NCBI GenBank assembly: GCA_041751875.1
Contig: JBGSIC010000018.1
Span: 32,723 to 96,722, forward strand
Length of the DNA stretch: 64,000 nt
Direction of reading: 5' to 3'
From: Bdellovibrionota bacterium
GTDB lineage: Bacteria > Bdellovibrionota > FAC87 > UBA2466 > JACKAF01
Numbering within the stretch: the stretch's first letter is position 1; each line of letters starts with the position of its first letter. The notes beneath the pieces are model-generated. The model worked only from the letters and a program-made list of their open reading frames with translations, was not told the origin of the DNA and did no database searches. This document shows positions 9,276 to 18,147 of the stretch, in pieces. The position numbers were made by a program, and so were the translations under genes.

Positions 9276-10526
9276 ATGACAAAAGAATCTGTTGTGGTGC
9301 AGAAATATGGCGGGACTTCCGTGGGGAGTGTCGAGCGTATCCAGAAAATCGCCAAACGCGTCGCTGAACAACACAGAGAAGGGTTTACGAAGATTGCTGT
9401 CGTGGTAAGCGCGATGGCGGGAGAAACCAACCGCGTCGTGGAACTTGTGCATCAGGTAAATCCGCGCGCCTCGGCGACACACTACGATTTGGCGGTAGCA
9501 ACCGGTGAGCAAGTTAGTAGCGCGCTCATGGCTGCTGCCTTGGAAGCCGAGGGTGTCGGCGCGCAAGCTTTTTTGCCTTATCAAATTGGACTTTTGACAG
9601 ATGGCTTACACGCTCAAGCCCGCGTCCGCTCGATTGAAACGGAAAAGATTGAGGCCTGCTGGCGCGACGGAAAGATTCCGGTTGTTCCCGGTTTTCAGGG
9701 GATTAACGAGGAGAATGAGGTCACAACTCTCGGACGGGGAGGAAGTGACATAAGCGCGGTCGCCCTTGCTGTGGTTCTCAAGGCCCATTTTTGCGAGATC
9801 AATACCGATGTGGATGGCGTGTACACCGCCGATCCTCGGGTGGTGAAAACCGCTCGTTTAGTTGAAGTTTTGGATTACGAGACGGCTCTGGAGATGGCGG
9901 CACTGGGAAGTAAGGTGCTCCACAGCCGCTGTGTGGAGCTCGGAGCGAAATATCAGATGCCCATCGTAGTGCGAAACAGCCATGGTGGGGACGAAGGTGA
10001 AGAAAGGAAGACCGTGATTATGAATTACAGTGCGCAGTCTGCGTTGGAGGCTCCGGTAGTCTCGGCAGTCAGTTTGGATACCAACGTCGCGAAGATCTCA
10101 CTCACGGGCATGAGCAAGCACACGCGGGCTATCTCGGGCGTGTTTGAAGCGGTCGCCAAGGCCGGCATCAACGTGGATATTATCGTGCAAAATCTCCTCG
10201 CCAATAAGACCACGATGCGAGTGGGGTTCACCATTCTAGAAAATGACTTGAGCCGAGCGCTTGAAGTGATCGAATCGCTGCGCCAAAAGGAAGAATACAA
10301 AGGAATGCACGCCAGCAGCCGCACGGATTTAGCAAAAGTCTCGGTGGTAGGGTTAGCGATGCGATCGTACGCGGGTGTGGCGAGCCGTGTTTTTGAGACG
10401 CTTGCGCAAAAGGGGATTGATATCTTGATGATCTCCACTTCAGAGATCAAGATTTCGTGCGTAGTTCCGCAAGACATGGGGAAACTTGCCGCGCAAGCAC
10501 TCCACGAAGCCTTCTTAGAACAATAA
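9276..10526 (+). CDS. lysC: aspartate kinase
   Basis: VVVQKYGGTSVGSVERI amino-acid kinase N-terminus followed by tandem ACT-type C-terminal domains. ATG at 9276 lies just after the lysA stop. Confidence 0.9.
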   Translation: MTKESVVVQKYGGTSVGSVERIQKIAKRVAEQHREGFTKIAVVVSAMAGETNRVVELVHQVNPRASATHYDLAVATGEQVSSALMAAALEAEGVGAQAFLPYQIGLLTDGLHAQARVRSIETEKIEACWRDGKIPVVPGFQGINEENEVTTLGRGGSDISAVALAVVLKAHFCEINTDVDGVYTADPRVVKTARLVEVLDYETALEMAALGSKVLHSRCVELGAKYQMPIVVRNSHGGDEGEERKTVIMNYSAQSALEAPVVSAVSLDTNVAKISLTGMSKHTRAISGVFEAVAKAGINVDIIVQNLLANKTTMRVGFTILENDLSRALEVIESLRQKEEYKGMHASSRTDLAKVSVVGLAMRSYAGVASRVFETLAQKGIDILMISTSEIKISCVVPQDMGKLAAQALHEAFLEQ

Positions 10527-10534
10527 TTGTTAGA

Positions 10535-10885
10535 TTATTCGTTTACGAAATCAATGAGCGTAAGCTCTTCGAAGCCCTGATAGGCCTTGTTGTCCTTGAT
10601 GACCAACGGGCGCTTAATCAAATTGGGGTCTTTCAACATCAAACGAATCGCTTCGTTCTTCGTCGTACGACGTTTGCCTAAGCTATTGGAACGATACGTG
10701 GTGCTACGTTGATTCAAGCTCGAGTAAATGTTCTCGGCGCGGATAACTTTTTCTAAAAGGGAGCGCGGGGGTGGCTCATGAACGATATCTTTCAATTGAT
10801 AGTTCACACCTTTTTTATTGAGAAAAGCGATGGCCTTCTTGCATTGCTGACAGCTTTTCTTCGCATATACCACTAGTTCGCCCAT
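10535..10885 (-). CDS. ArsC/Spx/YffB-family redox protein (glutaredoxin-like)
   Basis: 116 aa with CQQC near the N-terminus and a KRPLVIKD motif typical of the ArsC/Spx family. Confidence 0.72.
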   Translation of the reverse strand: MGELVVYAKKSCQQCKKAIAFLNKKGVNYQLKDIVHEPPPRSLLEKVIRAENIYSSLNQRSTTYRSNSLGKRRTTKNEAIRLMLKDPNLIKRPLVIKDNKAYQGFEELTLIDFVNE

Positions 10886-11029
10886 TCAGGACCTCCGAGT
10901 TCTCAACGATAGGGTGTGTCTTAACATGAACCTCGATTTGCCACAAGACTGAATGCCAGAGAGCCATTGAGGAGATAGCGCGGCAACTTGCGCATTGAGA
11001 TTTATGTAAATATTTGGGACAACGAGCCC

Positions 11030-11584
11030 ATGCAAGGTCCTATTTCCGATCAAGGCGTTCGTTCTACTTCGACTCAGCTCGAGGGTAAGCAGCTCGCTTT
11101 AGCGATTTGTGGCGGGATCGCGTCGGTCGAAGTCGTTAAAATAATTCGGGAATTGCGACGGCGTGGGGCGAGCGTGCAGCCGTATATGAGTCCCTCGGCA
11201 GAAAAGTTCATTACGCCCTTAAGCGTAGGGTGGGCAGCGGATAAGGAAGCTGTGCGCGACTCAAGTGAAGGGGCAAATCATTTGGCGCAATTTGATTTAG
11301 TGGTGGTTGCTCCACTCACTTTAAATACGTTGTCGAAGGCGGCTCAAGGAGTGTGCGATAACGTCGTGACTCTTTTGATTGCCGCGCAGCTTGGACGATC
11401 GCTTCCCGTTATGATGGTGCCTACGATGAACGACGCGCTTTGGAAGCATCCGATGACGTCCCAGCACTGTGGCCGTTTAAAAGAGTGGGGCGTGAGGTTT
11501 TTTGATTCCCCCCATGAGGAAGATCGTTTAAAGATGCCCGCACCCGAGAAACTTGCGGATTTCGCCGTCGAAGTGCTGGGATGA
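11030..11584 (+). CDS. flavoprotein, phosphopantothenoylcysteine decarboxylase-like (standalone CoaC/HFCD family)
   Basis: LALAICGGIASVEVVKIIREL...ITPLS...DLVVVAPLTLNTLSKAAQGVCDNVV...MVPTMN parallels the CoaC half of Dfp. There is no CoaB domain. ATG at 11030 is preferred over TTG at 10988. Confidence 0.65.
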   Translation: MQGPISDQGVRSTSTQLEGKQLALAICGGIASVEVVKIIRELRRRGASVQPYMSPSAEKFITPLSVGWAADKEAVRDSSEGANHLAQFDLVVVAPLTLNTLSKAAQGVCDNVVTLLIAAQLGRSLPVMMVPTMNDALWKHPMTSQHCGRLKEWGVRFFDSPHEEDRLKMPAPEKLADFAVEVLG

Positions 11585-11598
11585 AGAGGTTTTAAGAA

Positions 11599-12720
11599 AT
11601 GGAAACGCAATTAGAAATTCTCCGCACGGGGCTCGAAGGGCAGGGCGTGGCGAACGATGAGGAAGGCAACGTCTACTTCGTAGAACGGGCGCTGCCTGGA
11701 GATGTCATCGTTGCTGAAGTTCCCGATACGCGTAAACGGTACCGCGACGCGAATTTGGTAAGCATCATCACCCCTTCTTCGGAGCGACGGGAATCACCTT
11801 GTGCATACTTTCAAAAATGTGGCGGATGCGATTGGTTGGACTGGAACTACGCTTCTCAGCTAGAAGCCAAAGAAAGCACCATTCGGCACACCTTTGATCG
11901 GCTGAAACTTCAGCCCAAAGAATTTTTACCTATTATTCCAGCGCAAGAGCAGTTGTCCTATCGCCACCGCATTCAGTTGCACCAACAAGGTACGATGCTC
12001 GGATTTTTTAAGCGACGCAGCCATGATGTGGTGGATGTTGAGAAGTGCGTGGTCGCCCATCCCAAGATTAATGAACACCTTACAGAACTACGCTCGCGTT
12101 TAACCTTGGCCTCGGAGACCCAAAAAGTAGAGTTGAGTCTTTCGACTTCAGGTGCTGTTGAGGAAACCTGGAATTCGGCGCACGCTTCGAAGGGATTTGT
12201 TCAAAGTCATGGCGCACAAAACGCCCACCTCCGTCGCGAAGTGGGAGAGATGATTGCGCGCGCGGCATCGGAACACGTTCTTGAGCTTTACAGCGGCAAC
12301 GGAAATCTGACTTTTGAATACGCTTCAAAGGTGAAATCTGTGGTGGGAGTCGAAGAGAACCGCTATTCCATCGAGCAAGCAGAGAAGTCGCGTAATGCAA
12401 GCCAATTGGAGAACGTCCGCTTTCAAGCCGGCCGCGTCAGCGAAGTTTTGGCAGCCAAAGTCGGGGAGAACTTTGTACAACCCTATGATACACTGCTAGT
12501 AAATCCGCCCCGTAAAGGGATGGGAGGCTTGCTGGACGAATTCGTTCACCGAGACGTAAAAGCGATTCTTTATGTCTCTTGCTCCCCTCCAGCGTTTTCA
12601 AAAGACGTGAGCGGTCTTCAACGTAAGGGATTTCAACTCGAGTGCGTCAGACCTATCGACATGTTTCCGCAAACGCATCACATAGAGTTTGTTTCTCTCT
12701 TCTTGCGTTACTTACACTAG
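11599..12720 (+). CDS. TRAM-domain 23S rRNA (uracil-C5)-methyltransferase, RlmD/RumA family
   Basis: N-terminal TRAM-like beta domain, Cys cluster CAYFQKCGGCDW, and a C-terminal class I SAM methyltransferase fold. Confidence 0.75.
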   Translation: METQLEILRTGLEGQGVANDEEGNVYFVERALPGDVIVAEVPDTRKRYRDANLVSIITPSSERRESPCAYFQKCGGCDWLDWNYASQLEAKESTIRHTFDRLKLQPKEFLPIIPAQEQLSYRHRIQLHQQGTMLGFFKRRSHDVVDVEKCVVAHPKINEHLTELRSRLTLASETQKVELSLSTSGAVEETWNSAHASKGFVQSHGAQNAHLRREVGEMIARAASEHVLELYSGNGNLTFEYASKVKSVVGVEENRYSIEQAEKSRNASQLENVRFQAGRVSEVLAAKVGENFVQPYDTLLVNPPRKGMGGLLDEFVHRDVKAILYVSCSPPAFSKDVSGLQRKGFQLECVRPIDMFPQTHHIEFVSLFLRYLH

Positions 12721-13577
12721 CAATTCTCACCTCATCGCCAGAAGCTCAGGCAGAAATTGTTTGGAAGCCCGACATGGAAGGGCGAGTTCTCTTTGAAACT
12801 GAGCTGAAGAAACAAGGTAAAGCGAACGCGCCCGCAAAAGGACGTCTGCCCGAAGGTTCTCTGGTCACCATCATCGGTTCGCAGAAAGCGGACTTCATTT
12901 TAGTTGAAGTCGAACTGGAAAATGGAAAACCCATTACGGGATGGGTAAATCAAAATACCTTGGCTCCCGTGGATCCCGACGAAATCGCTCCCAAGATTCG
13001 ACCCAAGCAACGCGTGCGGATACCGGATGATGAAGCGATACTCCTTCGCCGAAAGCCCTCTCTGTTCTTTGGTGCGGCTTTGGGCGGCAACTACGCCATC
13101 ATTTTGCCTAGTCAGCTACCAGGCAGCGAGCTGACCTACACGGGAGTTGGCTTCTTGGCTGGTGCGTATGTGGGATTTTATTTAAAGGACAACATGCCCT
13201 TACGTTTTGAACTGAATTACACCCAGTTCAATGGGGTTGCCCCCGTGGGGAGTAGCGCAACCGAGGACCTAGGTTACGGGTTTATGGAAATTGGAGTTAC
13301 ACCGGGCTTGATCGTCGGCAAATTCGAACTCTTTGCGGGCTTTCAGTACGCCATGGGTTTGAGTATCGCAAACGATCCGAGCAACTATGCGGGCGACCCA
13401 ATAGATACCCCCTTTGCGCTATCGACCCTGGCCGGGCAGTTAGGGGTGGGCTACACCTACGAACTCAACTCAGAAACCAATCTGGGCGTGCGGCTTCGGT
13501 ATGTGCTGCACTTTCAGTCATCCTCTATTCTTCGCCATGGCATAGGCCTAATAGCGACGCTGGGGCTTCAAGGCTAG
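12642..13577 (+). CDS. outer-membrane beta-barrel protein with N-terminal SH3b-like domain
   Basis: GTG start. Signal peptide ...LLALLTLAILTSSPEAQA, then a bacterial SH3-like segment (GRLPEGSLVTIIGSQ...GWVNQNTL), then a C-terminal alternating beta-strand region. Overlaps the rlmD-like 3' end by 79 nt. Confidence 0.45.
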   Translation: MRQTYRHVSANASHRVCFSLLALLTLAILTSSPEAQAEIVWKPDMEGRVLFETELKKQGKANAPAKGRLPEGSLVTIIGSQKADFILVEVELENGKPITGWVNQNTLAPVDPDEIAPKIRPKQRVRIPDDEAILLRRKPSLFFGAALGGNYAIILPSQLPGSELTYTGVGFLAGAYVGFYLKDNMPLRFELNYTQFNGVAPVGSSATEDLGYGFMEIGVTPGLIVGKFELFAGFQYAMGLSIANDPSNYAGDPIDTPFALSTLAGQLGVGYTYELNSETNLGVRLRYVLHFQSSSILRHGIGLIATLGLQG

Positions 13578-13774
13578 CTCTTCTCCCCCTCCCCACCAGT
13601 GTCTAGTGTAGTCCGACTGTATGCGGGCCATAGTACCTGTCTGTCAGATGGCATCACAGCTTAAGCTATTAGAATTATAAAGGAAAAATGGAGGTGTCGA
13701 ACTCCATGCCTGTACCGTACACTTTCTTGACTATTTCCCCTATCGAAATCGTCAATGATCCCAAGGGGGTAACT

Positions 13775-13790
13775 TGGCACACGCCCTGCA
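13775..13790 (+). promoter_or_regulatory. candidate sigma-54 (-24/-12) promoter TTGGCAC-N5-CTGCA
   Basis: TGGCACacgccCTGCA has GG and GC spaced 10 nt apart, matching TGGCAC-N5-TTGCA. It points into a non-coding A/C-rich region. Confidence 0.4.
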
Positions 13791-13797
13791 ATCTAGA

Positions 13798-14027
13798 ATG
13801 AGTGCACACAGACAAGGACACGGCTCGAAGCTTAACGGCATCGAACAGCAACTAGAACGGCAACGAAGACAACAACACGATAGCAACTAGTAACGGCACC
13901 TGAGAAGACAACTTAGAACACAAAACGGATCGCAACTTGACTCGACTTGACTACACAACCGCTGTTTAAGTTTCCATAGCCGATTTTGAAAAGGGCTCCC
14001 AAACTCCAGGGAGCCCTTTTCTTTTTT
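13798..14027 (+). ncRNA. candidate small RNA (about 225 nt) with CAACTWG / AACGGCA repeat modules, ending in intrinsic terminator
   Basis: No ORF of 60 aa or more. Extreme A+C strand bias on the + strand across 13800-13960. Iterated motifs. Strong terminator hairpin at 13993-14016 plus a T-run. Confidence 0.3.
13990..14027 (+). terminator. rho-independent terminator (GGGCTCCC-N8-GGGAGCCC + TTTTCTTTTTT)
   Basis: Perfect 8-bp GC stem flanked by an A-run upstream and a T-run downstream. Could act bidirectionally. Confidence 0.7.
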
Positions 14028-14128
14028 CCCCTACCTTTTTCCAACCTGGTCAAAGCTAAAAACATGTCTAATATAGTGGTATTGAAAACGGGGGCATTGA
14101 TCCGCGTTGCTATTCATTAGGTGGCCCT

Positions 14129-15052
14129 TTGGACAAAGATCTCTATGAAATTTTGGGTGTGAGCCGCACGGCCACACCGAATGATATTAAAAAGCAGTTT
14201 CACAAACTCGCTAAGCAGTACCATCCCGACCGAAATCCTAACGACAAAGCCTCGGAAACTAAGTTTAAGGAAGTTAATCTTGCTTACGAAGTCCTAAAAG
14301 ATAAGAAGAAAAAAGAGCAGTACGATCAACTACGAGCAGCGGGACGAAATCCCTTTGCGGGAAGAGAACCGGGTGGCGGCGGATTTGAGTACAGTGCAGG
14401 CGGAGCCAGCGATTTCGGGCTTGGCGACCTATTCGAGGAAATTTTTGGCGGCGGTGGTGGTGGCGGCGGATTTGGTGGCCCGTTCGCCGGGCGACGACGT
14501 TCCGGCGGCGGATCGTATTCGCAGATGCCTGTACGCGGCGTGAGTCGTGAAGCGGAAATCTCGATCAGTTTCAACGAAGCCGCGCGCGGCGGGGAAAAGC
14601 AGCTCGAGCTTGTGGGCGGAAAGAAAATCACCGTAAAGATTCCAGCGGGAGTTGAGACAGGTTCGAAGATTAAGCTGCGCGGGCAGGGAGATCCCGGCAC
14701 CGGAGGAGCGCCCAGCGGTGATCTTATTTTGACTTTGAAAGTGATGGCGCACCCGCAGTTCACGCGCCAGGAAAACAATATCTTGTATCAACTTCCTGTT
14801 ACCTTTGCTGAAGCTGTGTTGGGAGGAGAGGTCGCGGTACCGACCTTGGATGGCCCAGTTCGCATGACATTGCCACAGGGAATCTCGAGCGGGCAGCAAT
14901 TGCGGCTCAAAGGTAAAGGCGTGGGCGAGGCTAATGGTACGCGGGGCGATCAACTCGTTGAGATTCAAATTAAGGTTCCCCGTCCCCCTTCAGATAAATA
15001 CAAAGAAGCCGCGAAGCTTTTAGAGCAGGAAGACTTCAACCCGCGTCGCTAG
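14129..15052 (+). CDS. cbpA: DnaJ-class co-chaperone lacking zinc finger (CbpA-like curved-DNA-binding protein)
   Basis: TTG start preceded by AGGTGG. J-domain DLYEILGVSRTATPNDIKKQFHKLAKQYHPDRNP. G/F-rich linker and C-terminal DnaJ_C domains. No CxxCxGxG repeats. Confidence 0.75.
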   Translation: MDKDLYEILGVSRTATPNDIKKQFHKLAKQYHPDRNPNDKASETKFKEVNLAYEVLKDKKKKEQYDQLRAAGRNPFAGREPGGGGFEYSAGGASDFGLGDLFEEIFGGGGGGGGFGGPFAGRRRSGGGSYSQMPVRGVSREAEISISFNEAARGGEKQLELVGGKKITVKIPAGVETGSKIKLRGQGDPGTGGAPSGDLILTLKVMAHPQFTRQENNILYQLPVTFAEAVLGGEVAVPTLDGPVRMTLPQGISSGQQLRLKGKGVGEANGTRGDQLVEIQIKVPRPPSDKYKEAAKLLEQEDFNPRR

Positions 15053-15064
15053 TTATCTTGACGG

Positions 15065-15976
15065 CTACACTGCCGGACTAAGCACGCTCTGGGCAATGGC
15101 ATTGATGGTATGAGGCGCGCATCCTTCGAAGCGGTTATTCACTAAGACGTACACCGAGACTTTCTCTTTCATCGCTCTGCGAATGAGGGCCCCCGCATCG
15201 GTTCGCCCTTCCACTTGTTCTTCTTGGACTTCCCGGTAGGGCGCAAATCGTTCAACGGCATCCTCATATTGTGTTCCGGGACGCAGCAGGAGGCGGGACA
15301 CATAAAAAGGGAGAGCGTAATTGTCGCTGGAATGCAGCTGGTCCTTTATCGAGGGCATTTTTGTCCAACTGTTGTAAACATGTCCAATTTGAAACTTTTT
15401 TAAGAATGTGAAGTAGGCGGGTTGTAGCCAGTTCGCGTTTCTCAGCTCAATCGCAAAGCGGAAGTTGGCGGTGTCTCCCAGTCCTGTGAAGAACTGGTCT
15501 AGTCGGTCCAAAAACTCTCTCCCGTTCTCCAGCATGCCAGCGTGAAATTGGGAAAACTCCAGCATGATCGGTCCCAAGCGATCTTGAAAAGGCGCGAGCG
15601 GGCCCAAAAAATGCTGCTTGAAATCAGTGGGGTTAAGAAAACCCGCATTCGCTTTACCCGCGACTTTTCCGTAGCGAGGCAGGCGCGGGTATTTAAAAAC
15701 AGTGGTGTGCTCAGTGGCTTTTAAGACAAATTTAAAGTTCGCAGGCGTTTGTTCAACATATTTTTCGAACGCTTTTTCTTGGGGCCAGTTATAGTAAGTG
15801 TGGTCAACACCGACGACAGGGTATTGCTGAGCGTACTCCTCGAGGCACGTATCGTTGAACTGCTTTTTACTCGTATAGGGCTTTTTATAAATAAGTCCCT
15901 GCCAGCCCTCATACTTCCAGCTAGAGGTCCCAAAGTAGACTTGTTTTTTAGCGAGCTCACTGAGTGCTGCGTCCAT
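15065..15976 (-). CDS. DUF72 (YecE-like) family protein
   Basis: 303 aa. FGTSSWKYEGW N-terminus and overall pattern match UPF0759/DUF72. Confidence 0.7.
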   Translation of the reverse strand: MDAALSELAKKQVYFGTSSWKYEGWQGLIYKKPYTSKKQFNDTCLEEYAQQYPVVGVDHTYYNWPQEKAFEKYVEQTPANFKFVLKATEHTTVFKYPRLPRYGKVAGKANAGFLNPTDFKQHFLGPLAPFQDRLGPIMLEFSQFHAGMLENGREFLDRLDQFFTGLGDTANFRFAIELRNANWLQPAYFTFLKKFQIGHVYNSWTKMPSIKDQLHSSDNYALPFYVSRLLLRPGTQYEDAVERFAPYREVQEEQVEGRTDAGALIRRAMKEKVSVYVLVNNRFEGCAPHTINAIAQSVLSPAV

Positions 15977-16015
15977 AGGGACATGAAAATCGAAGGAAAC
16001 CGGGAAGGCAAGTGG

Positions 16016-16966
16016 CTAGCGCTGGGAGGATACTTTGCGCTGAATTTGGAGTTTTTTGAAGATGCTCGATTTGGAATCGAGAAAACCGCGGTGCTTTTCA
16101 AAGTAGCGTTCAAACACGATTCGAAGCGCTTCCCCTTCTTCCCAAAGAGTCGGTTGGCCCTCGGGGTTTTCGAGCGCGAGAAAGCGCGGAATACTTTCGT
16201 GAGAATAGTTTTTCGGATGAGGAAAAAGTTCCTTTAGAATCTCTCCGTCAAAGAGCTGTTGCTTGGGATCGTCTATCATGATCGAATGAAGGGTGAAATT
16301 GTTGTCGGGGTACTGTTTGACGTAAGTCTCCAAAAGCGCTCGGTACTCTAGGCAGCTTTCACACCAGCTTGCCGATATAATAAAAAAATGAAACGTGCGT
16401 TTGTTGTCTTTGGGAATAAAGGATTTCACAAAGCGGAGTTGTTTGAAGTTTTCCTGAATCTCTGTCGACTTGAGCTTTAAAATCTCATTAATTTTGATTC
16501 TGTCGGTGAGAGAAATTCCGTCGAATGCCCGACGCGAAATAGGTATCTTGTGTGAAATCAAGCTCGCGCTGATGACCTTCGTCTCGTTGAGAGGGGCTCC
16601 ACTGGTGAGAAAGAGAGAGCGCCGTTTCCAGGTCTCTCTAATTTGGTCCCACTCTTGGTTGATCGTTTCAATTTCTTGCGCCTCGACCAAACGTTTAGAA
16701 ATGCCTTTCTCATCTTTGTCTACGAAAGGAAGGATCTCGTTTACGTCATTTCCTTCCCGGAAGTACAAACTGAAAGGTAGATAATACAGTCGGAACATGT
16801 AGAGCAGTTTGTTCGTCGGAGGGGGAGCAGCCACGGGTTTCTGGGCTATGGCCGAACTTGCCAAAAAAAGGATTGCGAATGCAGTCCAGATCCTTGCCCA
16901 GGACGCAGCTTTGCGCTCAACGGTTAAAGTGGCGAAATGTTTGCCGAAGTGGCTTGAGCGAAACAT
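16016..16966 (-). CDS. thioredoxin-fold (TlpA/redoxin-like) periplasmic protein
   Basis: WCESC CxxC motif. Signal peptide from Met at 16966 (MFRSSHFGKHF...AILFLASSAIAQ). Same strand as, and upstream of, the DUF72 gene. Confidence 0.5.
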   Translation of the reverse strand: MFRSSHFGKHFATLTVERKAASWARIWTAFAILFLASSAIAQKPVAAPPPTNKLLYMFRLYYLPFSLYFREGNDVNEILPFVDKDEKGISKRLVEAQEIETINQEWDQIRETWKRRSLFLTSGAPLNETKVISASLISHKIPISRRAFDGISLTDRIKINEILKLKSTEIQENFKQLRFVKSFIPKDNKRTFHFFIISASWCESCLEYRALLETYVKQYPDNNFTLHSIMIDDPKQQLFDGEILKELFPHPKNYSHESIPRFLALENPEGQPTLWEEGEALRIVFERYFEKHRGFLDSKSSIFKKLQIQRKVSSQR

Positions 16967-17075
16967 GCGTGGTCCTTCACGTATATTTCGGCTGGATGCG
17001 TCAAAAAGTTTAAGAAAATCCGAAGCAAAGAGGCAGAGTTTTGCCATCCTCCAACCTGTCGGAGATACTGACTAG

Positions 17076-18131
17076 GTGCAGAGCCCAAGTGACGTCGCCG
17101 TAGTTCTTTCTCCTCGTTTTCTGGAACACCAGTCCCAGGAAACTCATCCTGAATGCCCGGAACGTATCCAGGCGGTATTGGACCTTTTTCAAGAACGTCC
17201 CGACTTGGCGGCTTTACCGCGCGTAGGGTTACGTCCGGCGAAATCTTCTGAAGTGACCCTCTTTCATTCTGCGGAAATGTTGAGCGAGCTAGAGAAAAAG
17301 AAAGGCCACAAAGGGTGGTTTGATTCGGATACCTTTTTCGGTAGCGAAAGTATCGACACCGCTTTTTTCGCAGCCGGTAGCACCGTCGAATTGGCTCAAC
17401 AAATTTGGAATAAACAATTTCGTCGCGGCTTTTCTCTCGTACGCCCTCCTGGGCATCATGCGGTGGCGGGACACCCGATGGGATTTTGTCTTTTGAATAA
17501 CGTAGCACTGGCGGCGAAAGCAATTCTACAGAACGCGCCTCAGGCCAGGCTGGCTATCGTCGACTATGATCTGCATCATGGCAACGGTACACAAGACGCA
17601 TTTTGGGAATCCGACCAAGTGCTCTTTGTTTCCTCGCATCGCTTTCCGTACTATCCGGGAACGGGGCGACTCGACGAAGTGGGGGGGCAAAAAGGGAAAG
17701 GGACCACCGTTAATTTTCCGCTGGCCCTTTCGTATGAGGATCCTCTTTTCAGAGCGCTCTACGAGCGGCTGGTTACTCCGATCGTACGCGCTTTTAAGCC
17801 CGATATGATTTTGGTTTCCGCGGGCTTTGATGGACACACACTTGATCCGATGCAGGGCATGAGAATGAGCACAGAGCTTTATGGGTGGTTTGCCGAAATG
17901 TTGATGAACCTCGCTGAGGAAACGGCAGAAGGTCGCATCCTTTTTTGTTTGGAGGGTGGCTATCATCCAGGGGTGCTGAAGAAAAGCGTGGAGGTAACCT
18001 TGGACCAAATGGTTCGCCAACCTCGCCAGAAAAATGAAATGGGTCTAGACGAGAAGAACGCTTTCGATTTACTGGATACATTTTACTGGGGCCTCAAGGC
18101 CTTCTATCCTGAACTCATCAGCCCAAACTAA
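17076..18131 (+). CDS. histone deacetylase-family (AcuC/arginase-deacetylase superfamily) protein
   Basis: Conserved HDAC motifs: PPGHHA, DYDLHHGNGTQ, and the GFDGH region. Confidence 0.8.
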   Translation: MQSPSDVAVVLSPRFLEHQSQETHPECPERIQAVLDLFQERPDLAALPRVGLRPAKSSEVTLFHSAEMLSELEKKKGHKGWFDSDTFFGSESIDTAFFAAGSTVELAQQIWNKQFRRGFSLVRPPGHHAVAGHPMGFCLLNNVALAAKAILQNAPQARLAIVDYDLHHGNGTQDAFWESDQVLFVSSHRFPYYPGTGRLDEVGGQKGKGTTVNFPLALSYEDPLFRALYERLVTPIVRAFKPDMILVSAGFDGHTLDPMQGMRMSTELYGWFAEMLMNLAEETAEGRILFCLEGGYHPGVLKKSVEVTLDQMVRQPRQKNEMGLDEKNAFDLLDTFYWGLKAFYPELISPN

Positions 18132-18147
18132 ACTTGTCATCAGAGTT

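Noticed and set aside
13600-14027. tmRNA or RNase P RNA in the long spacer (size is right; AGTCCG...GGGCCATAG and CATGGAG-gtgtcgaa-CTCCATG elements looked vaguely P4-like or T-arm-like)
   Set aside because: No GGGG 5' end or tRNA-like acceptor with CCA. No GGAAAGUCCGGGCUCC P4 motif. No plausible tag peptide ending in hydrophobic residues plus a stop. The T-arm-like hairpin has an 8-nt loop without the TTC.
14390-14530. GGC/GGT-rich low-complexity nucleotide repeat
   Set aside because: It is the Gly/Phe-rich linker of the DnaJ/CbpA-like protein, in frame and expected for this family.
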